Below, piece after piece: positions 35,401 through 44,698 of a stretch of 64,000 bases of DNA. How positions within the stretch are numbered: position 1 is the stretch's first letter; each line of letters begins with the position of its first letter. The notes under the pieces are model-generated. The model had not been told where the DNA came from, did not search any database, and was given only the letters and a program-made list of their open reading frames with translations. A program made the position numbers and the translations under genes. The DNA is taken from assembly GCA_017500825.1 (NCBI GenBank), contig JAFVYB010000081.1:9448-73447 (forward strand). Reading direction: 5' to 3'. This stretch comes from Myxococcaceae bacterium. Its GTDB lineage: Bacteria > Myxococcota > Myxococcia > Myxococcales > UBA5297.

Positions 35401-36647
35401 AGCGCGGCCTCGGTCAACGGCACGGTCTCCGGCTGGCCAGAGGCCTCCTCGGCGCCGGAAACAACCTCGCTTTCGGGCTGGGCGGCGACGGGCGCGAGGT
35501 CGGCGGTCAGCGGCGCGAGATCGGCCTCGTCCACAGAATCCACGCGCGCGGGCATGGGCGCGGGCATGGGAGAAGGCGCGTTGGCGCTCACCATCGGCGC
35601 GGTCAGGTGCGGCAGCGGATGGGGCGCTGGGCGGGGGCGTTCCACTGAGGCGAACGCTGGCGCGGCGTTTTTGCGCTCGCTCTGGGCGGCCAAATCCTCC
35701 GGCGAAAACCATCCCTTGGAGGCGCGGATGGCTTCACTCGACGTGCGGCGCATGCCGTCTGGCGAACTGAGCAGCGAGGAGAGCAGGCGCGGCGCGGCGT
35801 CGTCACTGGGGGGCGGCATCGCGTCTGCGGACGATGCGTCTGCGGTCGACACGGCGGCATGGATCGGCGCGGCCTCGGGCGCGGGATCGTCACTGCCCAG
35901 CGAGCGGAAGATGGCGGAGAGCTCGCGTTGATCCTCGTCAAAGAGGGGCGCGGCGGCGGGGAACTCAGGCGCGGCGGGCACGGCCTCTGGCGCGGGGACA
36001 TAGGCGCCCACGTCGACCATCGTCGGCTGTTCCTGGGAGATGGCGCCCAGCGCGAGGTCGTCGGTCACGTGCTCAAAGGGCGAAGACGCGGCGGGCGCGG
36101 CCTCTGGCGCGGGGACATAGGCGCCCACGTCGACAACAGTCGGCAGGTCCTGGGCGATCTCGCCGACGCCGGGATCGGCGGCCACGTGATCAAAAGGCGA
36201 CGGCGCGCTTTCAGCGGCCACGGCGGCGGGATCGACGTGCGCGGCAAGGGCGTTTTGGGCCTGGGCCAGCCACTGTTGGGCGGCTTCGTCCGCGGGCGAC
36301 AGCTCGACGGCGCGTTCGAGAAAGGACAGCGCCTCCTGGGCCAACCCGGCCTGCAGCAGCAGGTCGCCAGCCCGCGTGAGTGTCTGCGCGTCGTCTGGCG
36401 TCAGTTGCGCGGCGGCTCGCAGGAACTCGATGGCCTCGGCCGCGCGTCCCAGTTTGAGCAAGGCGCTGGCGCACAGGACGTGTCCGGGGACCGAGTCCGG
36501 GTGGGCGGCCAGTCCCTGTTGGCAAATCTCGATGGCGCGCTCGCAGTCGCCGCTGTCGATGAGGAGCTCGGCCAGGTTGAGAAAGACGAGGCTGCCGGGA
36601 TCGGCATGGAGTGTCTGTTCGTAGCTCTCGACCAGTTGGGTCGTCAT
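32412..36647 (-). CDS. Large TPR protein: N-terminal TPRs, Pro/Ala-rich linker, single TM, long TPR solenoid, Lys-rich tail
   Basis: ORF translation, 1411 aa; GAGG RBS. Confidence 0.85.
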   Translation of the reverse strand: MTTQLVESYEQTLHADPGSLVFLNLAELLIDSGDCERAIEICQQGLAAHPDSVPGHVLCASALLKLGRAAEAIEFLRAAAQLTPDDAQTLTRAGDLLLQAGLAQEALSFLERAVELSPADEAAQQWLAQAQNALAAHVDPAAVAAESAPSPFDHVAADPGVGEIAQDLPTVVDVGAYVPAPEAAPAASSPFEHVTDDLALGAISQEQPTMVDVGAYVPAPEAVPAAPEFPAAAPLFDEDQRELSAIFRSLGSDDPAPEAAPIHAAVSTADASSADAMPPPSDDAAPRLLSSLLSSPDGMRRTSSEAIRASKGWFSPEDLAAQSERKNAAPAFASVERPRPAPHPLPHLTAPMVSANAPSPMPAPMPARVDSVDEADLAPLTADLAPVAAQPESEVVSGAEEASGQPETVPLTEAALFDGQPEEGAADATGTNPDAEIESQAFATPPPLPPKSATPDMGLAAPPPLPPKGAPPPLPPVTLKPATPRRGGLLDDLPAEFVPSTPPRPAQVPSVMVTAQTAEEIAREYERELREKLLTQPKPTFLRRHWPKMAGALALIAVAAAGSYVFQKSSRETQGTRVGQWRADAARALPLATPQAYRDAIELSERLLDENAADLDAMTTRAFAHAALFHSFGGRAEDRAEAEKHLETIRAHAPGLALAIDYRLEDRDQKITKSKAIAKLAKLDVKALKTGFERAEVHLLLAERLIAQKKLDDASRHLTQSLTEDASHVETLLASGQSLLRPAIASQSADADRAFAMFERAQQISPNHVGAILGLTEAALMRRDQTIEDDREHLARLQKARESYEAAAKTSTPWPEALLPQLDLAEGQLRARVGEGEKAVEILMAGAERHEKRRGEFQRALGEAHMLSGRHDEAAKVFASLSKRAPKNARYKVLHARALLLQGRPREALKVSERYKGSRDLQILHGIALYELNRLERAKSVLISTAPSGQNLPAQAVVYLALIDARLDPETAVDRSLGILANIGPKNRFWSLAQSATGRLLLRQGKEKEAHAALMAAIAKDLRDYESRCVLGRHQLLSGQVDEARKQLDSALKINPFHLEARLALVESLFLLGDLAAVESALDPVLDDRPDTEILLADLRLKLLKGDLDAARRALTRARKADGKDPAVQLASVQFFALSGEMGQARADLKRLRSGNADTRLDLADRLLRQGDFAGAKALYEAARKRDEDELRARVGLAEIAIAAGDKKERAGLPKEIDALVKAISDGKAEATTPVDAEVRARVFAVHALLLVAAKKKNQARNQADKALEAYSLAPEAQLAKAGAERLFGDAATVQTSIERALRLEPAMARAHLELGVALAGTDRERAQKSLDTARRLSPKGPIADDAAAAVARLSNAPANVADHAADKSDAKSGDKAKVEAKSKEKSDAKSKAATKGKSKGKQAAKKRSKK
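35970..36200. repeat. Intragenic 117-bp (39-aa) imperfect tandem duplication
   Basis: cggcctctggcgcggggacataggcgcccacgtcgac at 35981 and 36098. Confidence 0.85.
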
Positions 36648-36889
36648 GCGCGCACCTCGCTCTTCTCTGGAGCGTGAATGTGACTCAGGCCCGGCGACAC
36701 TGCGGCACGGGCGAAAGAGCGCCGATGTCCAACGCTGGCGCGTCTCGAATGAAACGCCCCGCCAACGGCTGCCGGCAGGGCGCGAAAATCGGGGGTTGAA
36801 CGGGTCTCAGCGGGCTGGCGCCAAGGGCCTTTTTGAGAGGGGGGAGGCCGCCTTGACACGCCGGGGCGCGGGCCCCTAGTGGCGCGCCC

Positions 36890-37384
36890 ATGTTCAAGTC
36901 AATGCCCTCTTTGAGCTTTTGTTTGCTCCTCTGCGCCCTCTGGACCGCCGCCTGCGCCACGACGCCGAAAAAGGCCAATCCGCGTGAGCTGCGCGAGACG
37001 AGCGAGTCCTTTGCCCGGCGCCTGCGCTGGGGCGACTACAAGGGCATGGCGCAATTTCTGCGGCCAGAAGCGCGCCTCGACTTTGTCAAGGGCGTCCTCG
37101 ATCGCGGCGACGACGAGTTGCTCAAGGTGATCGATTGCGAGCTCGAACACGTCCAATACGTCCCGGATGGCGCCGTCGTGCTCGCGCGCGTGGTCTGGCA
37201 TCGGCTGCCTTCGGTGACGGCTCAAAGCGAGGTCGTCTCGCTCCACTTCGAGGACGCGGAAGGCCAGTGGCTGATCGGCGCGGTAGAGGGCGGTCCCCTG
37301 CCTGTCGCCAAATCGACGGCGCCAGACGCTGAAGCGGGGCGGGGCAAGTCGGCCGACACGCGCGAAAGCCTGCAGAAGCTCTAG
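36890..37384 (+). CDS. Hypothetical lipoprotein (NTF2-like)
   Basis: Lipobox TAAC; LRWGD...GQWLI. Confidence 0.7.
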   Translation: MFKSMPSLSFCLLLCALWTAACATTPKKANPRELRETSESFARRLRWGDYKGMAQFLRPEARLDFVKGVLDRGDDELLKVIDCELEHVQYVPDGAVVLARVVWHRLPSVTAQSEVVSLHFEDAEGQWLIGAVEGGPLPVAKSTAPDAEAGRGKSADTRESLQKL

Positions 37385-37461
37385 GCGCGTTGCCCCAAGG
37401 CGCGACGCCAACGCGGGCATCTGGGAACAGCGCCCAGGCCAGCGCAGAACGCCACGGCATC

Positions 37462-37498
37462 AAAAAGCCCCCCTCGGCGCGTTTGTCCGAAGGGGGCT
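37462..37498 (-). terminator. Rho-independent terminator after lpxC
   Basis: agcccccttcgg...ccgaggggggct then ttttt on the minus strand. Confidence 0.75.
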
Positions 37499-37535
37499 GA
37501 AGTCTCTGGCGGCCATTGAGCCGCTGAAGCGCGAC

Positions 37536-38480
37536 TCAGGCCATGGCGGCTGCCGCGGCGAAGGTCGGCAGCGTTGCCTCGATGCGGGCCATCTCGCCGG
37601 GCGTCGCGCGGATCACCTCGTAGCAGGTGGGATCGGAGAGGACGCGCATCGTCAGCTGGTGGTTGAGGGCGTGCCCCGACTTGTCGGCGCGCAGGTGGCC
37701 GATGAGCGGACGGCCCAGGAGGAAGAGGTCGCCGATGGCGTCGAGCGTCTTGTGGCGGACGAACTCGTCGGCGAAGCGCAGCCCCTCCGGATTGAGGATG
37801 CTGAAGCCGTCGACGACGATCGCGTTCTCGATGGAGCCGCCCTTGGCTAGACCCGCGCTCTTGAGCGCCTCGATGTCCTTCAAAAATCCGAAGGTGCGGG
37901 CGCAGGCGATCTCGCGGCAGAAGTTGGCCGATGAGCATTCGAGCTCCATCAGTTGGTTGCTGATGAGCGGGTGCCTGAAGTCGATGCTGCAGTGGATGCT
38001 GAAGCTGTTGGCGGGTGTGAGCGCGGCCGACTTGAAGCCATCGCCGACCTGGACCGGACGGCGGATGACGATGAACTCCTTCATCGCGCGCTGCAGGACG
38101 ACGCCGGCCTCCTGAATGAGGCGGACAAAGGGGAGCGCCGAGCCGTCGAAGATGGGGATTTCGGGCGCGTTGACCTCGATGCGCAGGTTGTCGATGCCCA
38201 TGGCGTGCAGCGCGGCGCAGCAGTGTTCGACGGTGCTCACGCGGACGCCATCGCGGCCCAGCGTCGTGGCCAGCGCGGTGTCGACCACAAACTGGGCGCG
38301 GGCCGGGATGTCGCGCGAGTCGGGCAGATCAACACGGCGGAAGGTGATCCCGTAGTTTTCGGGCGCGGGCTTGAAGGTCAGGCGGACGCGCTTTCCCGTG
38401 TGCAGGCCGACGCCTTCACAGGAGATCTCGTTGGCCAAAGTCCGCTGTCTGTAGAGGTCCTTGCGTCTCATCTTCATCAT
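37536..38480 (-). CDS. lpxC: UDP-3-O-acyl-N-acetylglucosamine deacetylase
   Basis: QRTL, GVGLHTG, STVEH, EIPIFDGSA, ARTFGF, EFVRHKTLDAIGDL, KSGH. Confidence 0.97.
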   Translation of the reverse strand: MMKMRRKDLYRQRTLANEISCEGVGLHTGKRVRLTFKPAPENYGITFRRVDLPDSRDIPARAQFVVDTALATTLGRDGVRVSTVEHCCAALHAMGIDNLRIEVNAPEIPIFDGSALPFVRLIQEAGVVLQRAMKEFIVIRRPVQVGDGFKSAALTPANSFSIHCSIDFRHPLISNQLMELECSSANFCREIACARTFGFLKDIEALKSAGLAKGGSIENAIVVDGFSILNPEGLRFADEFVRHKTLDAIGDLFLLGRPLIGHLRADKSGHALNHQLTMRVLSDPTCYEVIRATPGEMARIEATLPTFAAAAAMA

Positions 38481-38570
38481 CAGCCGCGCTCCGTCCGATG
38501 TCGGGGGCTGTCACACCCTGTCCGTTCAGGGGGCCCCTCTCGTTTTGTTTTGTTTCGTGGCGCGGCGCGC

Positions 38571-38589
38571 TTGGCAATTTCCGTGCCAA
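38571..38589 (-). promoter_or_regulatory. Sigma54 (-24/-12) promoter upstream of lpxC
   Basis: Minus strand TTGGCACGGAAATTGC matches TGGCACG-N4-TTGC exactly, about 90 bp upstream of the start. Confidence 0.75.
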
Positions 38590-38893
38590 ACCCTCAAGTC
38601 TCGTCGACGGAGACGCCTGTCTCCGATGCGCGCGGCAGTGATCGCTTGGCGGCGAAAGCGTCAGCGTCGCGCGGGCGCCTTGGTTGTCATGGCGGCGGCA
38701 CACAATCGCCAATTTAGGCAGCTCTCAGGCGCCGGGCCGTCAGGGGCGCGGCCCTCTGGCAGGTGACGTGCGCCAGGGAAAGATTTTTCCCTTCATTTTT
38801 CGAGCCTGCGGCATCGCGCGAAAAAGCGCTGCCACCCGAGGCGACAGCGCTTCAAAAAAAGGTGATCCCGGAAAGCGGGGGAGGGCGAAAGGC

Positions 38894-39391
38894 TCAGCGC
38901 GGCGTGGCGCCCGACTTTTGGATGAAGCGCATCCTCAGGTCGTAGAGGACGGTCGAGAGGAGCTTTTGTTCGGCGTCGGTGAGGTTGCCGCGCGTCTTTT
39001 CTTCGAGCATCGCCAGGACATCGATCGACTGCTTGGCCATGCCGAGGTCGACGCTGGGGGCGCCCGTCTCGGGATCGTTGGCCTCGCCCAGGTGGATGAG
39101 CGCCGAGCTCGCCAGACTGAGGCAGAGCTGGGTGAAATCCATCGGCGGCAACGACTTTTGGGCGTCTGGCCTGTCGGGCTTTTTCTCCATCTGCCAGCCC
39201 GGCCCCTCGACGACGCGATCGCCGCCCTGAGTGCCCGCCTCTTGTCCGTCTGGCCGACCCGCCGCTGTCGCGTCCGCCGTCTGACACTCTGGCGTTGCCC
39301 GCGCCGAATCTTCCGCTGCTCCGTCGTCGTCAAAGCGGATGCGGCGGTCGGTCACCTTGAAGCCCTTCCCGTCCTTCATCTCGTCGCTCAT
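38894..39391 (-). CDS. DUF1844 domain protein
   Basis: GFKVTDRR...DFTQLCLSLASSALIHLG...AKQSIDVLAMLEEKTRGNLT..E..LL...LYDLRMRF. Confidence 0.88.
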   Translation of the reverse strand: MSDEMKDGKGFKVTDRRIRFDDDGAAEDSARATPECQTADATAAGRPDGQEAGTQGGDRVVEGPGWQMEKKPDRPDAQKSLPPMDFTQLCLSLASSALIHLGEANDPETGAPSVDLGMAKQSIDVLAMLEEKTRGNLTDAEQKLLSTVLYDLRMRFIQKSGATPR

Positions 39392-39432
39392 GCGTCACCT
39401 CGGCGTTCTGGCGCGCGTCGTGGCGGGCGCGT

Positions 39433-39633
39433 TCAGTCCTCTTCCTCGGGATGGTGGCCGGTGGCCTGGACTTCCTGAACTTCGAGCTCGGACTCGATCG
39501 GGAGGGCTTGGTCCGCGAGATCGGGCAGGGATGCCAGGTGCTGCTCGTAATCCTCGGCGCTGATGGCGCCGCGCTTGATGAGGCGGTCGACGAGGCGCTT
39601 GTCGAAGACTTTGGGATCGGTGGTCTTGGTCAT
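39433..39633 (-). CDS. Small hypothetical protein (66 aa)
   Basis: MTKTTDPKVFDKRLVDRLIKRGAISAEDYEQHLASLPDLAD; GAGGA RBS; TTGACT-18-TAAAGC upstream. Confidence 0.75.
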   Translation of the reverse strand: MTKTTDPKVFDKRLVDRLIKRGAISAEDYEQHLASLPDLADQALPIESELEVQEVQATGHHPEEED

Positions 39634-40002
39634 GGGTGGTTCCTCGCTGTTCGGAGCTTGTGGGGTCAGGGGCGCCAGAGGGGCCCGCAAAAAGGCGCGG
39701 CGCTTTAGGGGAGCGCTCGGCGAAAAGTCAAATCCCGCGCCAGGGGAGGCCGCGCTCGTCGCGTCACCCTGTCCGGGGGGCGACAAACGCTGTCCGCGCG
39801 GTTTGGGCAGGATGTGCGCCGTTGTGTGTCGTTCGGTGCTGTTCCGCGCCGTTTTGTTCCGCGCCGCGCTGCCCCAAGTCGAGTCGCGCCGCCGTCTCCG
39901 GCGATGATCGGGCGCTGGCAAAGCCTCTGTCCCCGCCGCAGCTTGGCCCAACGCCGCTCTCGGCGTGCCGCTCGCCCAGATCCGGCCTGGAGGTGCCCCG
40001 CG

Positions 40003-41298
40003 ATGCTCGTCCTTGCGCTTGCGCTCAGTGGGATCCTGCTCGTTCACGCGTTCGCCGGTTACGGACTCTCCCTGCGCGTCGTCCTGGCTCTGGTCGCGCG
40101 CGGTCGAATTCAGAGCGGCCATCCAGTTCGGGAGGCGCCTGGGCTGCCGCCGTCGGAACTGCCCCGCGTCACGATGGTGGTGGCGGCCCACAACGAGGCG
40201 GCCTGCATCGGCGCCAAGCTGCGCAACTTCCAGGCGCTCGACTACCCAAAGGAGAAGCTCGACCTCATCGTCGGCAGCGACGGTTCGGAAGACGAGACCG
40301 ACGCCATTGTCGCGCGCTTTGCCCGGGACGACCCGCGCGTCCGCCTCTCGACCGCCCCCCGCGTCGGCAAGAGCGCTGTCCTCAACCGCTGCGTTCCCCA
40401 GGCGCGCGGCGAATGGGTGCTGCTCACCGACGCCAACACCATGCTGCGTCCCGACGCCCTGCGCGCGCTCGCCCGCCACACGATCAACCCCGATGTGGGC
40501 GCCATCGCCGGCCGACTGGTGCTGCTGAAGCCCGGTTCATCGACCGGAAGCGGGAACGCGGACGGCTTTGGCGAGACGGCCACCGAGGGCGAGGGCCTCT
40601 ATTGGCGCCACGAGACCTGGCTGAAATCGACCGAGGCCAGTCTCGGCGTCCTCCTCGGCATGAACGGCGCGCTCTACGCCCTGCGCCGCGATCTCTTCAC
40701 GCCCCTGCGTCCGGAGACGATCGTCGACGATTTGGTGATTCCGCTCAGACTCGTCATCGCCGGTCACGCGCTCGCCTGGGCACCCGACGCGCTCGCCTTC
40801 GAAGAGACGGCCACCTCGCTTGCGGACGAATCGCGCCGCCGCGTCCGCATCGCCGCCGGCAACTTTCAGAGTCTCGCCTGGCTCTGGCCCCTGCTCTCGC
40901 CCCGCCGCGGCCTGTGGGCCTACGCTTTCTGGTCGCACAAGGTCCTGCGCTGGTGCGCGCCCCTCTTTCTCGCCCTCGCCTTTGTCGCCAACGCGGCGCT
41001 CGCCCTTCAGGGCCGCCTGTGGTCGGCGCTCTTTGCGGCTCAATGCGTCTTCTATGGACTGGCACTCGTGGGCGCGCTCGTCGCTGAACCCGTCTCGGAA
41101 GCGCCTTGGCCCCGCCGCGCGAAGTGGACGCGCCTTCTTTTGCTGCCGCGCGCCATTCATTTTTTCGTGCGCATGAACTGGGCGCAGGCCCGCGGATTTG
41201 TCCGATTCGTTCTCGGACGACAGCGGGCCACCTGGGAGCGGACAGCGCGGGCGTTCGAGGCGGTGGGCGACGCGGCGGATTCTGGCGAGCGCGAGTGA
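40003..41298 (+). CDS. Glycosyltransferase family 2 (PNAG/cellulose synthase-like)
   Basis: AAHNE, SDGSEDET, GK..LN, TDAN, NGALYALRR, DDL, RRVRI; GGAGG RBS. Confidence 0.92.
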   Translation: MLVLALALSGILLVHAFAGYGLSLRVVLALVARGRIQSGHPVREAPGLPPSELPRVTMVVAAHNEAACIGAKLRNFQALDYPKEKLDLIVGSDGSEDETDAIVARFARDDPRVRLSTAPRVGKSAVLNRCVPQARGEWVLLTDANTMLRPDALRALARHTINPDVGAIAGRLVLLKPGSSTGSGNADGFGETATEGEGLYWRHETWLKSTEASLGVLLGMNGALYALRRDLFTPLRPETIVDDLVIPLRLVIAGHALAWAPDALAFEETATSLADESRRRVRIAAGNFQSLAWLWPLLSPRRGLWAYAFWSHKVLRWCAPLFLALAFVANAALALQGRLWSALFAAQCVFYGLALVGALVAEPVSEAPWPRRAKWTRLLLLPRAIHFFVRMNWAQARGFVRFVLGRQRATWERTARAFEAVGDAADSGERE

Positions 41299-41451
41299 GT
41301 CGATGCGCGGGCCGCGACGACGTGGACCTTCGCGCCACAAAAGTCCTGGCCCAGCCTCTCCCACCTGAGGACTGGCCGCTCTCGCGTAAGGCGCCAACTT
41401 CAGGGCTTTCGGGGAGGTCAATTCCGGCCTCCGCGCCAAGGGAGAAGCCAC

Positions 41452-41739
41452 ATGAACAAGATGCCGCCCGTGAAGAAGTGCGAAGTCGAGAGCTGTTACT
41501 TCAACAACGAGCAGAGGTGCCGCGCTGGCGCCATCACCGTCGGCAGTGGGGAGCCTCGCTGCGAGACCTTCGCTCAGAGCGCCTCGCATTCGCGCGTCGA
41601 CACCCAGGCAGAGGTCGGCGCCTGTCACGTCACCAGCTGCCGCTACAACGACCAGATGCTCTGCGAGGCTGCGGGCATCGACGTCGTCGTCCACAAGGAT
41701 CACGCCGACTGCGAGACCTACGAGCCGCGCCAAAGCTGA
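41452..41739 (+). CDS. DUF1540 domain protein (two Cys-rich copies)
   Basis: CEVESCYFN...CRA...CETF and CHVTSCRYN...CEA...CETY. Confidence 0.85.
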   Translation: MNKMPPVKKCEVESCYFNNEQRCRAGAITVGSGEPRCETFAQSASHSRVDTQAEVGACHVTSCRYNDQMLCEAAGIDVVVHKDHADCETYEPRQS

Positions 41740-41874
41740 GTGACGCGACTTAAGCTTCGACGCGTCAGACCGTTTTGACGCGTCTTGGGGCGCCCTTCCC
41801 TTTGCGGCGGGGTGCCTCGTTCGCCGGTTTGGCCCCTCGCCTCAGGGTGGCGGTTCCTCGCGCGGCGGACGCGC

Positions 41875-43716
41875 TCATTTGGCGGGTCGGGGCGACGATT
41901 TGGCGGCGCGCGCCTTGCAGGAGGCGGGCGGTTTGTCGGGGGACGCGGCAGTCGACGGCGCCTCCACTTTTGCTGAAGCATCTTTTGCCGACGCCTTTTC
42001 CGGCGATTCCGACACCTCCAACGCCACCCTGCCGCAGGCCTCGATCATGGCCCGGGCGTTGCCGAGCGCTTCGGGCGTGACGGCGCTGCCGGCCAACATG
42101 CGGGCGACTTCGCCAACCCTTCCCTCGTCCGAGAGCGGGCTGATGCAGGTGCGGACGCGTTCGTCGCGCGATTGTTTGGCCACCGTGAAGTGGCTGTCGG
42201 CGAAGGCGGCGATCTGCGGCAGATGCGTCACGACGATGATCTGCCGTTCGAGCGAGACAGCCTTGAGCACGCGCCCCACCGCGTCGGCCGCGGCGCCACT
42301 CATGCCGGTGTCCACCTCATCAAAGACGTAGGTGAAGACGGGATCGACGCGCGCCAGCACCCGTTTGATCGCCAGCATCAGGCGCGAGAGCTCGCCGCCC
42401 GAGGCGATGCGCGAGAGGGATTTGATGGCCTCTCCACGGTTGGGCGAGATGAGGAACTCGGCGCTTTCCAGGCCGCGGCTATCCACGCGCTGTCCGTCGA
42501 TGTCCACCGTCCCCGGGCCCCCCGCGTGCGGCGTGAGCGCGACCTCGAAGACCGTCTTGTCCATGGCCAGCTTCTTCAGCTCGCCCTCGACCGCGCGCGC
42601 GAACCTTGCCGCCGCCTCCTGGCGCGCCTTTGAGAGCTCCCCGGCCAGTTCGAGCGCCTCGCGCCCCAGCCGCTGACACGCCTCGTTGAGCTCGGCCACG
42701 CGCTCTTCCTGCCTGTCGAGGCCGTCGATCTCGGCGCGCATCTGGGCGCGTTTTTGCAAGACGGCCTCCAGCGTTCCTCCGTGCTTGCGGCACAGGCGTT
42801 TGAGCGCTTCGAGCCTGTCGGCCACTTCTTCGAGTCGCTCCGGGCTCTGCCTCAGGTCGCGGGCGTGGCGTGAAATCTCGCGCGCCAACTCGTCGATCTC
42901 GATGCGGGCGCTCTGAAGCGAGGCGATCCAGGCCTCCGCCTCGGGCGTGACGTTGCCGATGGCGCCGAGCGCGTTCAGGGCGCTGGAGAGGCGATCAAGG
43001 ACGCTGTCCTCGCTCGAATAGAGCAGCGATTCGACGCCGCTCAGGGCCCGCTTCTGGCGTTCGACAGAGGACAGGGCGCGGCGCTCGGCCTCCAGCTCTT
43101 CGATCTCGCCGTCTTTGGGGTCGACGGCCTCGATCTCGTCGATTTGGAATCGCAGGTAGTCGAGCTTTTGCGCGCGCTCCGCGTCGTCGAGGACAAGCGC
43201 CTCGCGCTGTTTGAGGCTGTCGATGAAGGCCGCGTGCGCCGTTCGGTAGCGGGAGAGGAGATCGCCGTCGCCGGCGAAGGCGTCGATGAGCCCGAGATGC
43301 AGCTCTGGCTTCAGCAGGCTGACGTGTTCGTGCTGACCGCTGATGTCGACGAGGCCGTGGGCAAGCTTTTCGAGTTGGCGGGCGGTGGAGAGGGCGCCGT
43401 TGATCCAGACCCGGCCCCGGCCCGTTCGGCTGACGGTGCGCCGGATGAGCAGCGCGTCGCCGTCGCTCGGCAGGCCCAGTTCCTCAAGCTCGGCGTCGAG
43501 GTTCATCCCTTCGAAGAGCGCTTCGACAGAGGCCTCGTCCGCGCCGGTTCGGACCAGGTCGAGGCGTGCCCGGCCGCCGAGGATGAGGTGGAGCGCGTCG
43601 ACGAGCAGCGACTTGCCCGCGCCGGTCTCGCCGGTGACGACGTTGAAGCCCGGGCCAAAGGCGACCTCGACCGATTCGACGATGGCCAGATTTTGGATTC
43701 GCAACGCGGTGATCAT
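41875..43716 (-). CDS. recN: DNA repair protein RecN
   Basis: TGETGAGKS, GQHEH, IASGGELSRLMLA, FDEVDTG, VTHLPQIAA. Confidence 0.97.
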   Translation of the reverse strand: MITALRIQNLAIVESVEVAFGPGFNVVTGETGAGKSLLVDALHLILGGRARLDLVRTGADEASVEALFEGMNLDAELEELGLPSDGDALLIRRTVSRTGRGRVWINGALSTARQLEKLAHGLVDISGQHEHVSLLKPELHLGLIDAFAGDGDLLSRYRTAHAAFIDSLKQREALVLDDAERAQKLDYLRFQIDEIEAVDPKDGEIEELEAERRALSSVERQKRALSGVESLLYSSEDSVLDRLSSALNALGAIGNVTPEAEAWIASLQSARIEIDELAREISRHARDLRQSPERLEEVADRLEALKRLCRKHGGTLEAVLQKRAQMRAEIDGLDRQEERVAELNEACQRLGREALELAGELSKARQEAAARFARAVEGELKKLAMDKTVFEVALTPHAGGPGTVDIDGQRVDSRGLESAEFLISPNRGEAIKSLSRIASGGELSRLMLAIKRVLARVDPVFTYVFDEVDTGMSGAAADAVGRVLKAVSLERQIIVVTHLPQIAAFADSHFTVAKQSRDERVRTCISPLSDEGRVGEVARMLAGSAVTPEALGNARAMIEACGRVALEVSESPEKASAKDASAKVEAPSTAASPDKPPASCKARAAKSSPRPAK

Positions 43717-43785
43717 CGGTGGTGACCGTTTCTTCGAGAGTGGCGGCGCGCGCGGCGGCGCCAAAGTTCGATGGACTCGGCAGGT

Positions 43786-44694
43786 TCAGCGACCGCCGCC
43801 CCAGCCCAGGCGCGAGCGCAGGATGGTGAAGAAGTCGAGGCGCGGATTGCGCACGAGCATGACGCGGGAAGGCGCGACTTCGACGCGGACGCGATCGCGC
43901 GGTCTGAGTGGCCAGCCGAGCTGTCCGTCGAGCGTGAGGAAGACCTCGGAGCATCCCGGGCGCAGGCTGAGTTCGACGCGGCGGTTGCCGGGGATGACGA
44001 TCGGGCGCTGCGCCAGCGTATGGGGGCAGATCGGCGTGACGAGGATGGCGCTCAGCGTCGGGTCGAGGATGGGGCCGGCGGCGGAGAGCGAGTAGCCGGT
44101 CGATCCGGTGGGCGTGGAGACGATGACGCCGTCGGCGCGGAAGCTGGCCACGGGCAGGCCGTCGATGCGGGTGTCGAGCTCGATGATGCGAGAGAGCGCG
44201 CCCTTCATCACCACCGCCTCGTTGAGCACCTGCGCCGGAGGAACCGGCCTGGAGTTTTCGCCCGCAGAGTCGGTCGTGTCCGCCGCGGCGACCTCATCCC
44301 CGTCGCGACAGAGACTGACGACGAGCTTGACGCGGGGCTGCACCTCGAATCGGCCCTCGATCACCTCGCCGAGCAATGGCAGCGCGTCGTCGACCGGGAT
44401 TTCGGTCATGAAGCCGAGCGATCCCAGATGGACGCCAAAGAGGGGGACCTCGCCGTCGCCGAGCAGGCGCGCCGCGCGCAGCAGCGTGCCGTCACCGCCA
44501 AGAACAACGCAGAGATCGGCCTGACAAAACGCGCTTTGGGGCGCCGGTGTCAGTCCAAGCGCCTCGGCGTTGTCGCGCTCGCCAAAAAACTCGACGCCCC
44601 TCTCCCGGAGAAAGCCGCCCAGCGATTCGACGAGCGGCCGCGCTTCGGGCTTGTGCTCGTTGACGACGAATCCGACGCGCCTGACCGCGCTCAC
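43786..44694 (-). CDS. nadK: NAD kinase
   Basis: LGGDGTLL, LGF, LNE, ADGVIVSTPTGSTGYSLSAAGP; canonical position upstream of recN. Confidence 0.96.
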   Translation of the reverse strand: MSAVRRVGFVVNEHKPEARPLVESLGGFLRERGVEFFGERDNAEALGLTPAPQSAFCQADLCVVLGGDGTLLRAARLLGDGEVPLFGVHLGSLGFMTEIPVDDALPLLGEVIEGRFEVQPRVKLVVSLCRDGDEVAAADTTDSAGENSRPVPPAQVLNEAVVMKGALSRIIELDTRIDGLPVASFRADGVIVSTPTGSTGYSLSAAGPILDPTLSAILVTPICPHTLAQRPIVIPGNRRVELSLRPGCSEVFLTLDGQLGWPLRPRDRVRVEVAPSRVMLVRNPRLDFFTILRSRLGWGGGR

Positions 44695-44698
44695 GGCC

